Assembly (NCBI GenBank): GCA_013215375.1
Contig: JABSRB010000020.1
Location: 11,053-75,052 of the forward strand
Source of the DNA: Oceanospirillaceae bacterium
GTDB taxonomy: Bacteria > Pseudomonadota > Gammaproteobacteria > Pseudomonadales > Balneatricaceae
DNA length: 64,000 bases
Reading direction: 5' to 3'
Part shown: positions 1 through 9,649 of the stretch, one piece after another
How positions within the stretch are numbered: position 1 is the first letter of the stretch
Layout of the letters: each line of letters opens with the position of its first letter
Position numbers and translations under genes: made by a program
The notes under the pieces: model-generated
Seen by the model: only the letters and a program-made list of their open reading frames with translations
Told to the model about the DNA's origin: nothing
Databases searched by the model: none

Positions 1-16
1 CTGGAAACGGCCGTAG

Positions 17-598
17 ATGAGCGACTTTTTACTAATACTAGTTAGTACTGTTTTGGTTAATAATTTTGTTTTAGTACAGTTTTTGGGACTGTGCCCTTTT
101 ATGGGCGTCTCCAATAAACTTGAAACAGCGATGGGCATGTCCCTAGCGACTACCTTTGTACTCACCATTTCCTCGGTGTGTAGCTACTTAGTACACGAAT
201 ACATTCTCGCACCTTTTTCTCTGACCTATATGAAGACTATCGCCTTCATCTTAGTGATTGCCGTGGTGGTGCAATTTACTGAAATGGTGGTCAAGAAAAC
301 CAGCCCAATGTTACACAAAGTACTGGGCATATTTTTACCCCTTATCACCACCAACTGCGCCGTACTTGGTGTGGCACTATTAAACATCAAAAAAATGAAC
401 AGCTTTATGGAATCCATCGTGTTTGGCTTTGGCGCCGCGGTCGGTTTTTCCATGGCACTGATTCTTTTTTCAGCCATACGCGAGCGCATCGCGGTGGCTG
501 ATGTTCCCACCCCCTTCAAAGGGGCCGCTATTGGCATGGTTACCGCAGGTTTAATGTCACTGGCATTTCTCGGTTTCACCGGCTTAGTGAATATTTAG
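17..598 (+). CDS. rnfA: Rnf/Rsx electron transport complex subunit A
   Basis: 193-aa polytopic membrane ORF. It aligns by eye over its full length with E. coli RsxA as I remember it ([19 protein letters not shown], [17 protein letters not shown]). It is the first gene of the rnfABCDGE order. Confidence 0.95.
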   Translation: MSDFLLILVSTVLVNNFVLVQFLGLCPFMGVSNKLETAMGMSLATTFVLTISSVCSYLVHEYILAPFSLTYMKTIAFILVIAVVVQFTEMVVKKTSPMLHKVLGIFLPLITTNCAVLGVALLNIKKMNSFMESIVFGFGAAVGFSMALILFSAIRERIAVADVPTPFKGAAIGMVTAGLMSLAFLGFTGLVNI

Positions 599-608
599 CG
601 GAGCACTC

Positions 609-1211
609 ATGAACACAATCTTTATTGCTATTATCGTGCTGCTAGCGTTAGCCATTGTTTTTGGACTGATTCTCGGCTACTCCGCGATTAAATTTAAGGT
701 GGCGGGCAATCCCATCGTCGATCAAATTGACAGCATATTGCCGCAGACACAGTGCGGTCAGTGTGGGCACCCCGGCTGTCGCCCCTATGCCCAAAGCATC
801 GCCGACGGCGAGGCCATCAACAAATGTCCACCTGGCGGTCAGGCCACCATTGAAGCACTGGCAAGCTTGTTAGATGTCGAGGTATTAGAACTTGATGGCG
901 ACCACGATGAGAACCCGGTAAAAACAGTGGCCTACATACGTGAAGATGAGTGCATCGGCTGTACAAAATGCATTACCGCCTGTCCTGTTGATGCTATTTT
1001 AGGCGCCGCTAAACAAATGCATACCGTCATCGTTGATGAGTGCACCGGTTGTGATTTATGTGTCGCCCCCTGCCCTGTGGACTGTATCGACATGTTAGAA
1101 GTACCAACCACTATTGGTAACTGGAAGTGGCAGGCCCCGAGCAATTTTAATCAATTTTCACAGCAGCTTATCGCCACCGATAAAACACCCGCTGCGGAGC
1201 TACCTTCTTAA
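609..1211 (+). CDS. rnfB: Rnf complex subunit B (Fe-S ferredoxin-type)
   Basis: N-terminal TM helix, a CGQCGHPGC cluster and two CxxCxxCxxxCP 4Fe-4S motifs. Its position follows rnfA. Confidence 0.93.
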   Translation: MNTIFIAIIVLLALAIVFGLILGYSAIKFKVAGNPIVDQIDSILPQTQCGQCGHPGCRPYAQSIADGEAINKCPPGGQATIEALASLLDVEVLELDGDHDENPVKTVAYIREDECIGCTKCITACPVDAILGAAKQMHTVIVDECTGCDLCVAPCPVDCIDMLEVPTTIGNWKWQAPSNFNQFSQQLIATDKTPAAELPS

Positions 1212-4200
1212 TGGGTAAAGTATTTGCATTTCACGGTGGTATCCATCCGCCAGAAAACAAACATCAGTCTTCTCAGTCGAGCATTATCAAAGCGCCACTG
1301 GCAAAAATATTACGCATTCCAGTACAGCAACACATAGGAGTAGCGGCAAAAGTTTGCGTCAGTGTTGGCGATAAAGTTTTAAAAGGCCAGCGTATTGCTG
1401 ATGCTCAGGGAAAATTCAGCGTACCCATTCACGCCTCTTCCTCTGGCACGGTATGCGCCATTGATCTGCAAAGCGTCCCTCACCCCTCAGGCATGAATGC
1501 CCTTTGCATTAGCATTGAAACCGACGGCTTAGACCAGTGGATAGAACATCAAGGACTTGAAGACTTCAGAGCGCTGAATAAAAGCCAATTGATCGACTAT
1601 ATTCGCGATCGCGGTATTGCGGGCATGGGCGGCGCAGGTTTCCCCACTGCGGTTAAGTTGCATTTAAGCGATGATCACATCGTCAATACACTGATCATCA
1701 ATGCCGCAGAGTGCGAGCCCTACATCACCGCCGATGATTTACTGATGCGCGAGCGCGCCAGCGAAATAATCAGTGGCATCAATATATTGCAGCACTTGAT
1801 CGAGCCCAGCCATGTCATCATCGGCATTGAAGACAACAAACCGCAAGCAATTCGCGCACTAAAAGAAGCTATCGAGCACAGCACCTATAATATTCATGTG
1901 GTTAGCGTCCCTACCAAGTACCCCTCAGGTGGCGAAAAACAGCTGATCAAATTATTGACCAACGTCGAAGTACCCAGCGGCGGAATTCCCGCTGATGTTG
2001 GCATAGTTTGCCAAAATGTCGGCACCGTTTACGCCATTAATAAAGCCGTGCGCTTAGGTGAGTCTCTGGTTAGTCGCATTGTCACCGTCACCGGTGAAGG
2101 CGTCAGCAAACCGCAAAATTATGAGACTTTAATTGGCACGCCTTTTTCTACTTTATTAGACGCTGCAGGTCACCGCGAAAACAACACCGCCAGAATGCTG
2201 ATTGGCGGCCCAATGATGGGCTACAGTATTAGTGATACTGCCATTCCCGTGGTTAAAACATCCAACTGCATCATCGCTGCCAGTGCGCGAGAAATGCCCG
2301 AGCCAGAACCTAGCCAAGCTTGTATTCGCTGCGGTTTGTGCGAACAAGTATGTCCCGCTCAATTATTACCGCAGCAGCTACACTGGTTTGCTAAGAGCCA
2401 AGAATACGAAAAAGCGCAACAACACAACCTGTTTGATTGCATAGAGTGCGGCGCCTGTTCTTATGTCTGCCCCAGCAATATCCCATTGGTACAATATTAT
2501 CGCCACGCTAAATCTTCTATTAGAGAAGAGCAGCAAGAGCGCCGCAAAGCCGATTTAGCGCGCGAACGCTTTGAAGCCAAGCAAATGCGCGAACAACGTG
2601 CTATTGATGAAAAAGCCGAAAAACGTAAAGCCCGTGCCGATCAAGCCGCCAAGGCTCAAGAAGCCAAGAAACTTGCCGCACAAAATGCAGACATTTCTCC
2701 AGAAAACGCCCTGGACAAACTAAAGTCAGCGCTGAGCGATACTCAAGCACAAATCGTTAGCGCGCAACAGGCATTAGATGCACTGAGCGGTAACAGCGAC
2801 GCTTCAAGTAGCGACACTCGCCTCGCTGACCTCAAGCTTCAGCAGGCCAAAACCAAAGCACACAAGCTAGAGCAGAGTATTCAGGACTTTAAGGCCTCAG
2901 ACAACACAGCCATCATCGACAGCAAAAAACTCAAGATAGCAGCGGCACAGGCAAACACTCAGCTATTAAAAGCGCAGCAAGCACTTAAAACTGCCCAGGA
3001 AAAATCGCTGCCGGGAATAGAACAACTCACTGCCACTATTGCAATTTTAAACACCGAGGCGACACGCGCTGCAAAAGCATACAGTGCTGTGACGCCGGAT
3101 GCGGGCACTGGCAGCATTAGCAAAACAAGTGCACCCGCATCAGCCTCTGCAGCCAAACAAGCTATCGATCTAAAGAAGCTAAAAACCGCGGCAGCCATTG
3201 CCCGTACCAAACTTAAAAAAGCGCAAACTCAATACCAGCAACTCCTTGATCAAGACTTACAAGATACCGATGAGGCTGTTGCACTAAAAGAGCAATTACA
3301 ACTACTTGGCGACAAAGCAGACGCCACTGAAACAGCCTTTATCAGCGCCAAACCTGAACAGAGCCAAGCTGCACCTGCTGCAGAGTTACAGCAAAACTAT
3401 GACAAAGCACATAAGTTATATCACAAGGCATTTGACGCCTTACAAAAAGCCCAACAAGCTAACAGCCCCGCTGTCGAAAAAATGCAGCTAAGCATCGACA
3501 AACTCAAGGTTAAACTTGATAACGCCGAGCGCGCTTTAAACGGCGCAACACAACAGACCACGACTGTGCCAACTATTACTGCGACAACAGGCAACAGCCA
3601 AAGCAACGTTACACCCCCAGTAGATTTAGACAAACTGCGTTTACGTTACCAAAAAGCATTAGCCGCTGTAGAAAAAGCCCAGCTAGAGCAAAATCCCGCT
3701 GCCGAGAAAATGAAAGTCGCGGTTGACAAACTTAAAAGTAAACTTGATAGTGCCGAACAGGCTAATCTAGAAACAACAGGTAACGATCAACCTTCAACAG
3801 CGCCAAGCCAGACACTTAGCCCTGCTTTGCAGACCGATGTTGATAAGTTACTCAAGCGTTATGAGAAGGCACTGGTAACCCTAGACAAAGCACGTTTGGA
3901 TAGCAGCCCCGCTGTCGAGAAAATGCAAATCGCCGTTGATAAACTCAAAGCGAAACTTGATGACTCTCTACAACAGGCACCAACGACAACTCAAGCTGCC
4001 ACCGAGTCAGTAGAAAAAGCCACTACACCCGGGCAAACGGATCAAGAAAAGTTACAAAAGCGCTATAACAAAGCGCTGCTTACGCTTGAGAAAGCCCGTG
4101 CAGACAACAGTCCTGCCGTTGAAAAAATGCAGATTGCGGTCGAGAAACTCAAAGCCAAACTTGATAACTCTCAACCACAGCCAGCGATAACTCAGGTTGT

Positions 4201-4438
4201 AACAGAGCTCGTAGAAAAAACGGCCACAGCAGAACAATCTGATCTAGAAAAATTACAAAAGCGTTATGACAAAGCATTGATTACGCTTGAAAAAGCTCGC
4301 GCAGACAACAGCCCTGCGGTTGAAAAGATGCAGATAGCCGTCGAAAAACTTAACCAAAAATCAGTAAATGCCGAAGCTTTAGCAAATAGTGAAGCCTCTA
4401 ACGTTTTGGCATCGATCAGTACAGAATCTCAGGAATAA
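1211..4438 (+). CDS. rnfC: Rnf complex subunit C with a long C-terminal repeat extension
   Basis: TAATG overlap with rnfB. The N-terminal ~440 aa carry GMGGAGFPT and two CxxCxxCxxxCP motifs typical of RnfC/RsxC. The remaining ~630 aa are an Ala/Lys/Gln-rich coiled-coil-like repeat tail. Confidence 0.92.
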   Translation: MGKVFAFHGGIHPPENKHQSSQSSIIKAPLAKILRIPVQQHIGVAAKVCVSVGDKVLKGQRIADAQGKFSVPIHASSSGTVCAIDLQSVPHPSGMNALCISIETDGLDQWIEHQGLEDFRALNKSQLIDYIRDRGIAGMGGAGFPTAVKLHLSDDHIVNTLIINAAECEPYITADDLLMRERASEIISGINILQHLIEPSHVIIGIEDNKPQAIRALKEAIEHSTYNIHVVSVPTKYPSGGEKQLIKLLTNVEVPSGGIPADVGIVCQNVGTVYAINKAVRLGESLVSRIVTVTGEGVSKPQNYETLIGTPFSTLLDAAGHRENNTARMLIGGPMMGYSISDTAIPVVKTSNCIIAASAREMPEPEPSQACIRCGLCEQVCPAQLLPQQLHWFAKSQEYEKAQQHNLFDCIECGACSYVCPSNIPLVQYYRHAKSSIREEQQERRKADLARERFEAKQMREQRAIDEKAEKRKARADQAAKAQEAKKLAAQNADISPENALDKLKSALSDTQAQIVSAQQALDALSGNSDASSSDTRLADLKLQQAKTKAHKLEQSIQDFKASDNTAIIDSKKLKIAAAQANTQLLKAQQALKTAQEKSLPGIEQLTATIAILNTEATRAAKAYSAVTPDAGTGSISKTSAPASASAAKQAIDLKKLKTAAAIARTKLKKAQTQYQQLLDQDLQDTDEAVALKEQLQLLGDKADATETAFISAKPEQSQAAPAAELQQNYDKAHKLYHKAFDALQKAQQANSPAVEKMQLSIDKLKVKLDNAERALNGATQQTTTVPTITATTGNSQSNVTPPVDLDKLRLRYQKALAAVEKAQLEQNPAAEKMKVAVDKLKSKLDSAEQANLETTGNDQPSTAPSQTLSPALQTDVDKLLKRYEKALVTLDKARLDSSPAVEKMQIAVDKLKAKLDDSLQQAPTTTQAATESVEKATTPGQTDQEKLQKRYNKALLTLEKARADNSPAVEKMQIAVEKLKAKLDNSQPQPAITQVVTELVEKTATAEQSDLEKLQKRYDKALITLEKARADNSPAVEKMQIAVEKLNQKSVNAEALANSEASNVLASISTESQE
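3380..4438 (+). repeat. Five in-frame tandem repeats (~200-240 nt each) inside the rnfC 3' half
   Basis: Repeat units begin near 3380, 3620, 3836, 4040 and 4241. Each encodes a D-x-[DE]KL-x-KRY-x-KAL...SPAVEKMQIAV[DE]KLKAKLD core followed by a Thr/Gln/Pro-rich linker. Units 4 and 5 are the most similar pair. Confidence 0.85.
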
Positions 4439-4441
4439 CTC

Positions 4442-5518
4442 ATGGCATTTATTAACATTAGCTCGCCGCATGTACAGCGCCCGACAAAAACCGCAGATAT
4501 CATGCGCCTAGTCATCATCGCGACGATTCCTGGCCTCATCGCCATGACTTTTTTCTTTGGCTGGGGCACGCTGATAAACACCTTGCTCGCCATTGTAGTG
4601 GCCCTAGCATGCGAAGCTGCCTGCATAAAGCTGCGCAAACGCCCAGTGATGTTCTTCCTAAAAGACCACAGCGCCATGCTCACCGCTATTTTATTGGCCC
4701 TCGCCCTACCGCCTTTCGCACCTTGGTGGGTAACGGTCACCGCCGTTTTTGTTGCCATTGTGCTGGCGAAACAGCTCTATGGCGGCTTGGGCCAAAACCC
4801 TTTTAACCCCGCCATGGTCGGTTATGCATTAGTACTTATTTCTTTTCCCGTGGAAATGACGCGCTGGACTAGCCCTTTTGAGCTCAGCGGTAATGCTTGG
4901 AATGTACTGGGCTTTAGCGACACCTTACAAGTAATTTTCCTGGGCTGGTCTGAAACCATTCAAACCCTTGCACATATAGACAGTTACTCTGGCGCCACCC
5001 CTTTAGACACCCTTAAACACCGCAACGGCCTCACCACTGAAGAGATATGGCAAAGCAGCACAGTGATGGCTAATGTCGGCGCTTGGTATGCGGTGAGCTT
5101 ATGTTACTTTGTCGGCGGTATCTTTCTCATCTACCGTAAAATATTTACTTGGCACGCACCCATAACTTTATTGGTGACACTTGCGCTAATCTCCTCTCTA
5201 TTTTTTGCCATCGACCCCGACAGTTATGCAGACCCTCTTATTCATCTCACTACCGGCGCCACCATGCTCGGTGCCTTTTTTATTGTCACAGACCCTGTAT
5301 CCAGTGCCACGAGCAACAAGGGCAAGATCATTTTTGCCGCGGGCATCGCCATTTTAGTTTACTGCGTGCGCACTTGGGGCAACTACCCTGATGCCATGGC
5401 TTTTGCAGTGATGTTAATGAACCTTTGCGCACCTTTTATTGACCAGTACACTCAGCCGCGCAGCTATGGCCATAAACAGGCGAAGAAAGGCAGCTACAAC
5501 CCGGAGAAACAATCGTGA
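4442..5518 (+). CDS. rnfD: Rnf complex subunit D
   Basis: 358-aa polytopic membrane protein with the FMN-attachment-type motif (FFIVTDPVSSATS). Its position follows rnfC. Confidence 0.93.
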   Translation: MAFINISSPHVQRPTKTADIMRLVIIATIPGLIAMTFFFGWGTLINTLLAIVVALACEAACIKLRKRPVMFFLKDHSAMLTAILLALALPPFAPWWVTVTAVFVAIVLAKQLYGGLGQNPFNPAMVGYALVLISFPVEMTRWTSPFELSGNAWNVLGFSDTLQVIFLGWSETIQTLAHIDSYSGATPLDTLKHRNGLTTEEIWQSSTVMANVGAWYAVSLCYFVGGIFLIYRKIFTWHAPITLLVTLALISSLFFAIDPDSYADPLIHLTTGATMLGAFFIVTDPVSSATSNKGKIIFAAGIAILVYCVRTWGNYPDAMAFAVMLMNLCAPFIDQYTQPRSYGHKQAKKGSYNPEKQS

Positions 5519-6177
5519 AAATGTCCCAATCACTCAAGGTCAATGCTCTGGGAATAGGCATATTTGCGGCAATTACCGCCGCCCTAATTGCAATCACCTT
5601 TGTTTTAACCAAAGCACCTATTGCCGAAAACATCCGCAAACAAAAATCAGCCAAGCTGTTTGAAATTATTGGCGATACGGCCACAGACAACGATATATTT
5701 GCTCAGACCATCACTTTAGATGGCAGCACATTTGGCTACAGCAACAACATCAAAGCACACTTAGCGATGTATAAAGGCGAGATTAAAAGCATTGTTTTCC
5801 CGGTTATAAGCCCTGCGGGCTACTCGGGAAATATCACCCTTTTAGTTGGCGTCAACGCCGATACTAGTATTGCAGGGGTACGCGTTGTGACCCACACTGA
5901 AACACCGGGACTCGGCGATAAGCTAGAGCTAAAAAAATCCCCTTGGGTACTCGCTTTTAATGACCTCAAGAAAACCCCAGAACAGCGCTGGGCAGTAAAA
6001 AAGGACGGCGGTGACTTCGATCAGTTCACTGGCGCCACCATTACTCCTCGCGCTGTGGTTAATGCCGTCGGTAAAACGTTAGATTATGTGATGCTCAATA
6101 GAGATACCCTATTTACCTATATCAATAATAATACCAACACTGGAACTCAGACAGGGAGCGAAAGCAATGAGCGTTGA
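5515..6177 (+). CDS. rnfG: Rnf complex subunit G
   Basis: 4-nt overlap with rnfD. Single N-terminal TM helix. ETPGLGDK and [22 protein letters not shown] match E. coli RsxG as remembered. The start could instead be the ATG at 5521. Confidence 0.9.
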   Translation: MKMSQSLKVNALGIGIFAAITAALIAITFVLTKAPIAENIRKQKSAKLFEIIGDTATDNDIFAQTITLDGSTFGYSNNIKAHLAMYKGEIKSIVFPVISPAGYSGNITLLVGVNADTSIAGVRVVTHTETPGLGDKLELKKSPWVLAFNDLKKTPEQRWAVKKDGGDFDQFTGATITPRAVVNAVGKTLDYVMLNRDTLFTYINNNTNTGTQTGSESNER

Positions 6178-6892
6178 ATATAAAGAGCTCACCTTAAACG
6201 GTCTGTGGAAAAACAACCCCGCTATCGTACAATTGCTCGGCCTATGCCCGCTACTAGCCGTCACAGCTTCTGTGGTTAATGCGCTTAGCTTAGGTATCGC
6301 CAGCATATTGGTACTGATCGGCTCTAATTTCGCCGTCTCTCTGTTTAGAAGCTTCATTCCAAAAGCGGTCAGGCTCCCTATCTACGTGATGATTATAGCC
6401 GCCTTAGTCACCTCTATTGAGCTCGCTATGCAGGCACTCACCTATGAGCTGTACCTCATCTTAGGCATCTTTATCCCGCTGATTGTCACCAACTGCATCA
6501 TCATGGGTAGAGCAGAAGCTTTCGCCGCTAAAAACTCGGTTGCGGCCTCTCTATACGATGGTTTTATTATGGGGCTGGGATTTACCATCGTACTGGTTTT
6601 ACTTGGCGCCATTCGCGAGATATTAGGTGCAGGCACCCTTTTTGCAGACATGCATTTACTGTTTGGCGAGATCGCCAATAATTGGAAAATTGTCATCTTT
6701 GATGACTATGTAGGTTTCTTATTCGCCATCCTTCCCCCAGGTGCCTTTGTCGGCTTAGGGCTGCTTATCGCTCTTAAGAACCTTATCGATCAAAGTAATG
6801 CTAATCGTAAAGCGCACATGCAGGTAATCAACATCACCGAGCTTGAACCATTACCGAGCGGAAATAATAGCAAACCCCTTGATTTAACCTAA
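6167..6892 (+). CDS. rnfE: Rnf complex subunit E
   Basis: Overlaps the rnfG end. RnfA-like polytopic membrane protein ([35 protein letters not shown]). Confidence 0.93.
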   Translation: MSVEYKELTLNGLWKNNPAIVQLLGLCPLLAVTASVVNALSLGIASILVLIGSNFAVSLFRSFIPKAVRLPIYVMIIAALVTSIELAMQALTYELYLILGIFIPLIVTNCIIMGRAEAFAAKNSVAASLYDGFIMGLGFTIVLVLLGAIREILGAGTLFADMHLLFGEIANNWKIVIFDDYVGFLFAILPPGAFVGLGLLIALKNLIDQSNANRKAHMQVINITELEPLPSGNNSKPLDLT

Positions 6893-7025
6893 GCTGAATA
6901 GCGCCAAAATCAGTCAAAGTGTTTATTTTATTTAACTATTTTTCCTTTAAGTTGCTGATGTTATAGATTTTTCATTCGTTTTTTACTAATATCAGAGAAA
7001 ACCACTCTAATAAAAGAATTCAATT

Positions 7026-8045
7026 TTGAATCAGCCATTTAAAATAACAATTTGCGATGACTCGCGATTGGCACAACGTCAGCTTTCCCAAGTGATCAAA
7101 TCTTGGGATGCCGAGGTTTCTTTGGTTGATAGCGGCGAAAAAGCTATTCAATCCATCAAAGATGGTAACGCCCAGCTATTATTCCTAGATTTAAATATGC
7201 CAGGCATGGATGGCTATCAAGTGCTTGAGCATATTCGAGCGCATGACTTACCCACCATTGTTATTGTTGTCTCTGGTGATATCCAGAAAAAAGCACTGCA
7301 AAGAGTCACTGAACTCGGCGCTCTGGCATTCATCGCTAAGCCAGTAAACCATGACAAACTGCTGCACATCATTGACAAATTCGGCCTGTTCGAAGAACTA
7401 ATCCCAACGGAGCAAGCAGACACAAGTAACGACACACCCGATTCAAGCATCACCTTAACGCAAGAGGAGCGATTTCAAGAAACCGCCAATATTGCCATGG
7501 GTAAAGCTGCGGATAGACTCGCTATTTTACTTGATACTTTTATCAATCTCTCCATCCCAAAAGTTAATTTAATCTCCAACTCTGATCTATATATGATGAT
7601 TAAAGGGGATTCTGAAAATAGCTTTACCTCTACCATCAGCCAAGGATTTGCCGCTGAGGGAATATTTGGCGAGTCAATTTTAATTGTCGATAAAACCGGA
7701 CTGCCGCACATTTCCCAATTATTGGGTTTTTCGTCAGAGATTGACCGCGATTTAGAAATAGACATTTTAACTGACCTTGCAGGCTTGCTAAGCAGTTCAT
7801 TTTTAAAAGCGTTTTTCCAACAAATCGGAATAAATCATATCAACCAAGGAACGCCTTCCTTTCTTGATTACAAAGGTCAATTAGATCATTTAGTTGAATC
7901 AGAGGGCGGCGTTAATTCACTGGCCATTGAAGTGACTTACAGCATTCCCAGCCATGAAATTTACTGCGATTTATTATTAATATTCACCCTTGATTCGATA
8001 AAACCGATGAACCAACGCTCGGAGCTTTTTTCATGGACGCCGTAA
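7026..8045 (+). CDS. Response regulator: receiver domain fused to a CheC/CheX-like phosphatase domain
   Basis: REC motifs are present (ITICDDS, LLFLDLNMPGMDG, AFIAKP). The C-terminal half contains E-x2-N-x22-P (ETANIAMGKAADRLA...SIP), the CheC-family active-site signature. Only a TTG start is available upstream of the REC beta-1 strand, so the start is uncertain. Confidence 0.75.
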   Translation: MNQPFKITICDDSRLAQRQLSQVIKSWDAEVSLVDSGEKAIQSIKDGNAQLLFLDLNMPGMDGYQVLEHIRAHDLPTIVIVVSGDIQKKALQRVTELGALAFIAKPVNHDKLLHIIDKFGLFEELIPTEQADTSNDTPDSSITLTQEERFQETANIAMGKAADRLAILLDTFINLSIPKVNLISNSDLYMMIKGDSENSFTSTISQGFAAEGIFGESILIVDKTGLPHISQLLGFSSEIDRDLEIDILTDLAGLLSSSFLKAFFQQIGINHINQGTPSFLDYKGQLDHLVESEGGVNSLAIEVTYSIPSHEIYCDLLLIFTLDSIKPMNQRSELFSWTP

Positions 8046-9001
8046 CCCAATCGAAATTTGACTCCAGCCAACAACTGGAACTATTACAGTTTTTAGATGT
8101 AGGATTAGTCGTAGTCAACAGTCATTTAGAAATTAAGCTATGGAATAGCTTTATGACTAATCACATGGCTATTGAAGCTGTGGACGCTATCGATAAAACA
8201 CTGTTTGATGTTTGCCCCAAGCTGCCCGATGTTTATTTACAGCGTAAAATAAAGTCTGTTATCACCTTACAAAACTCGCTAACGATTACCTGGCAGCAGC
8301 GCCCGCATCTGTTTGAAATGAATTGCTACCGCCCTATCACCAGCAAGTCAAAACTAATGTATCAAGACATTCGCATTATTCCACTGCTCAACGCCAACGC
8401 GATTGTCGATCATATAGCCATTGTCATTTACGATGTCACTGAATCTGCCAGAGCACAAATTGGTTTTCAAGAAAAGAATGAAGAACTAAAGCTGGCTAGC
8501 CGTATAGACCCTCTGACTAAAATTTTCAACCGAGGTTATTGGGAGAGCAGACTGGAAGCAGAGTTTAAACGCTACACTCGCACATCCTCTTCTTCAGTAC
8601 TGATCATGCTGGATATTGATCATTTCAAAGCAGTCAATGATACCTACGGACACCAAGGCGGAGACACAGTACTGCGCGCTCTCGGGCGCCTGCTAAAAAA
8701 ACAATACCGTATTACCGATATACTGGGGCGCTATGGCGGTGAAGAGTTTGGTATTTTACTGCTAGACACTAATACAGAAATGGCTTTAACGCTGGCCAAC
8801 AACTTAAGCAAAGAATTGGCTAAAGCCCCTATCATGCACGATAAACGAGCGATCACTATTACCTTAAGTTATGGCATCACTCAGATTGATGCCAGCTTTA
8901 AAACCCATGACCAGTGGATAGACATGGCCGACAAAGCGCTCTATCAATCTAAGCAAAACGGGCGCAACCAAGCCACCATCCTCAATTGCCAGAAAGTATA
9001 A
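8033..9001 (+). CDS. PAS-like sensor diguanylate cyclase (GGDEF domain, GGEEF active site)
   Basis: 13-nt overlap with the upstream response regulator gene. C-terminal motifs: DIDHFKAVNDTYGHQGGD, RYGGEEF, ADKALYQSKQNGRN. Confidence 0.88.
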   Translation: MDAVTQSKFDSSQQLELLQFLDVGLVVVNSHLEIKLWNSFMTNHMAIEAVDAIDKTLFDVCPKLPDVYLQRKIKSVITLQNSLTITWQQRPHLFEMNCYRPITSKSKLMYQDIRIIPLLNANAIVDHIAIVIYDVTESARAQIGFQEKNEELKLASRIDPLTKIFNRGYWESRLEAEFKRYTRTSSSSVLIMLDIDHFKAVNDTYGHQGGDTVLRALGRLLKKQYRITDILGRYGGEEFGILLLDTNTEMALTLANNLSKELAKAPIMHDKRAITITLSYGITQIDASFKTHDQWIDMADKALYQSKQNGRNQATILNCQKV

Positions 9002-9464
9002 AGCTCAGGCTCGCCGGGCTCTATATAAAATTCTTTTAGATACAGAACCTACTCGCCCAGTATCTCTACTGCTAAGCGTACTTGGCACACAAGGTGTTAT
9101 CCTCTGGCAGATAAGCCATACCCTCATCAATACTCAATTGCCAGAAAGTATAAAGCTCAGACTAGCCGAGCTTTATACTAACTTTTTAGAAACCAAACCT
9201 ACTCGTCCGGCAGCTCTTTTATGCGGATTTTCGACAGCCAAACAAACACCCGCGAGCTTTTCATTGTCTTGCAAATAAACCATAGCTTCACCAACACTCA
9301 ACTGCCAGACAAAAAAAAGCCCAGATTAACCGGGCATCATTTAAAAAATTTCTTTTAGAGACCAAATCTACTCGTCCGGCAGCTCTATTTCTATGTGTGT
9401 TTTTGGCACGCAAATACAAGTGAGAATTTCATCCTCTTGCAGATCAACCATCCCCTCATCAACA
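8981..9464. repeat. Degenerate tandem triplication (~152/164/168 nt units) of the convergent GGDEF-gene / yfaE junction
   Basis: Units start at 8981, 9133 and 9297. Each begins CTCAA[TC]TGCCAGA (the last codons of the GGDEF gene) and contains CTACTCG[TC]CC (the stop and last codons of yfaE on the minus strand). Only unit 1 holds the real GGDEF stop, and only unit 3 holds the intact yfaE end. Confidence 0.8.
9311..9335 (-). terminator. Rho-independent terminator of nrdAB-yfaE
   Basis: The minus strand reads GCCCGG-UUAAU-CUGGGC followed by a U8 run, ~33 nt after the yfaE stop. Confidence 0.7.
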
Positions 9465-9649
9465 TAACGCACCTCACCCTCTAACAGACGCACTTTACAG
9501 CAGCCGCAATAGCCGGCACGACAGTTATAAGGAGCCTGTATTTCCTGAGCCTCAAGAGAGTCCAGCAAACTGGGCTCATGCTGATAATAAAAGGTATTAT
9601 TCCCCAGCTTTATCCGGGGAATGCCTGCATTTGTTTTAGTATCACTCAA
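9368..9649 (-). CDS. yfaE: 2Fe-2S ferredoxin YfaE (class Ia RNR maintenance)
   Basis: 93 aa with CRAGYCGCC...C cysteine spacing. 4-nt overlap with the nrdB stop. Conserved nrdAB-yfaE gene order. Confidence 0.88.
   Translation of the reverse strand: MSDTKTNAGIPRIKLGNNTFYYQHEPSLLDSLEAQEIQAPYNCRAGYCGCCKVRLLEGEVRYVDEGMVDLQEDEILTCICVPKTHIEIELPDE

Noticed and set aside
226-579. Antisense and shadow ORFs inside well-supported genes. Examples: 226-579, 932-1144, 2959-3210, 3421-3633, 4429-4758, 16275-16682, 20338-20658, 41085-41507, 54995-55426, 55530-55829, 58338-58652, 59007-59432.
   Set aside because: Each lies entirely within, and opposite to or out of frame with, a CDS that has clear family motifs. 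None has a recognisable motif or RBS. They are typical shadow ORFs.
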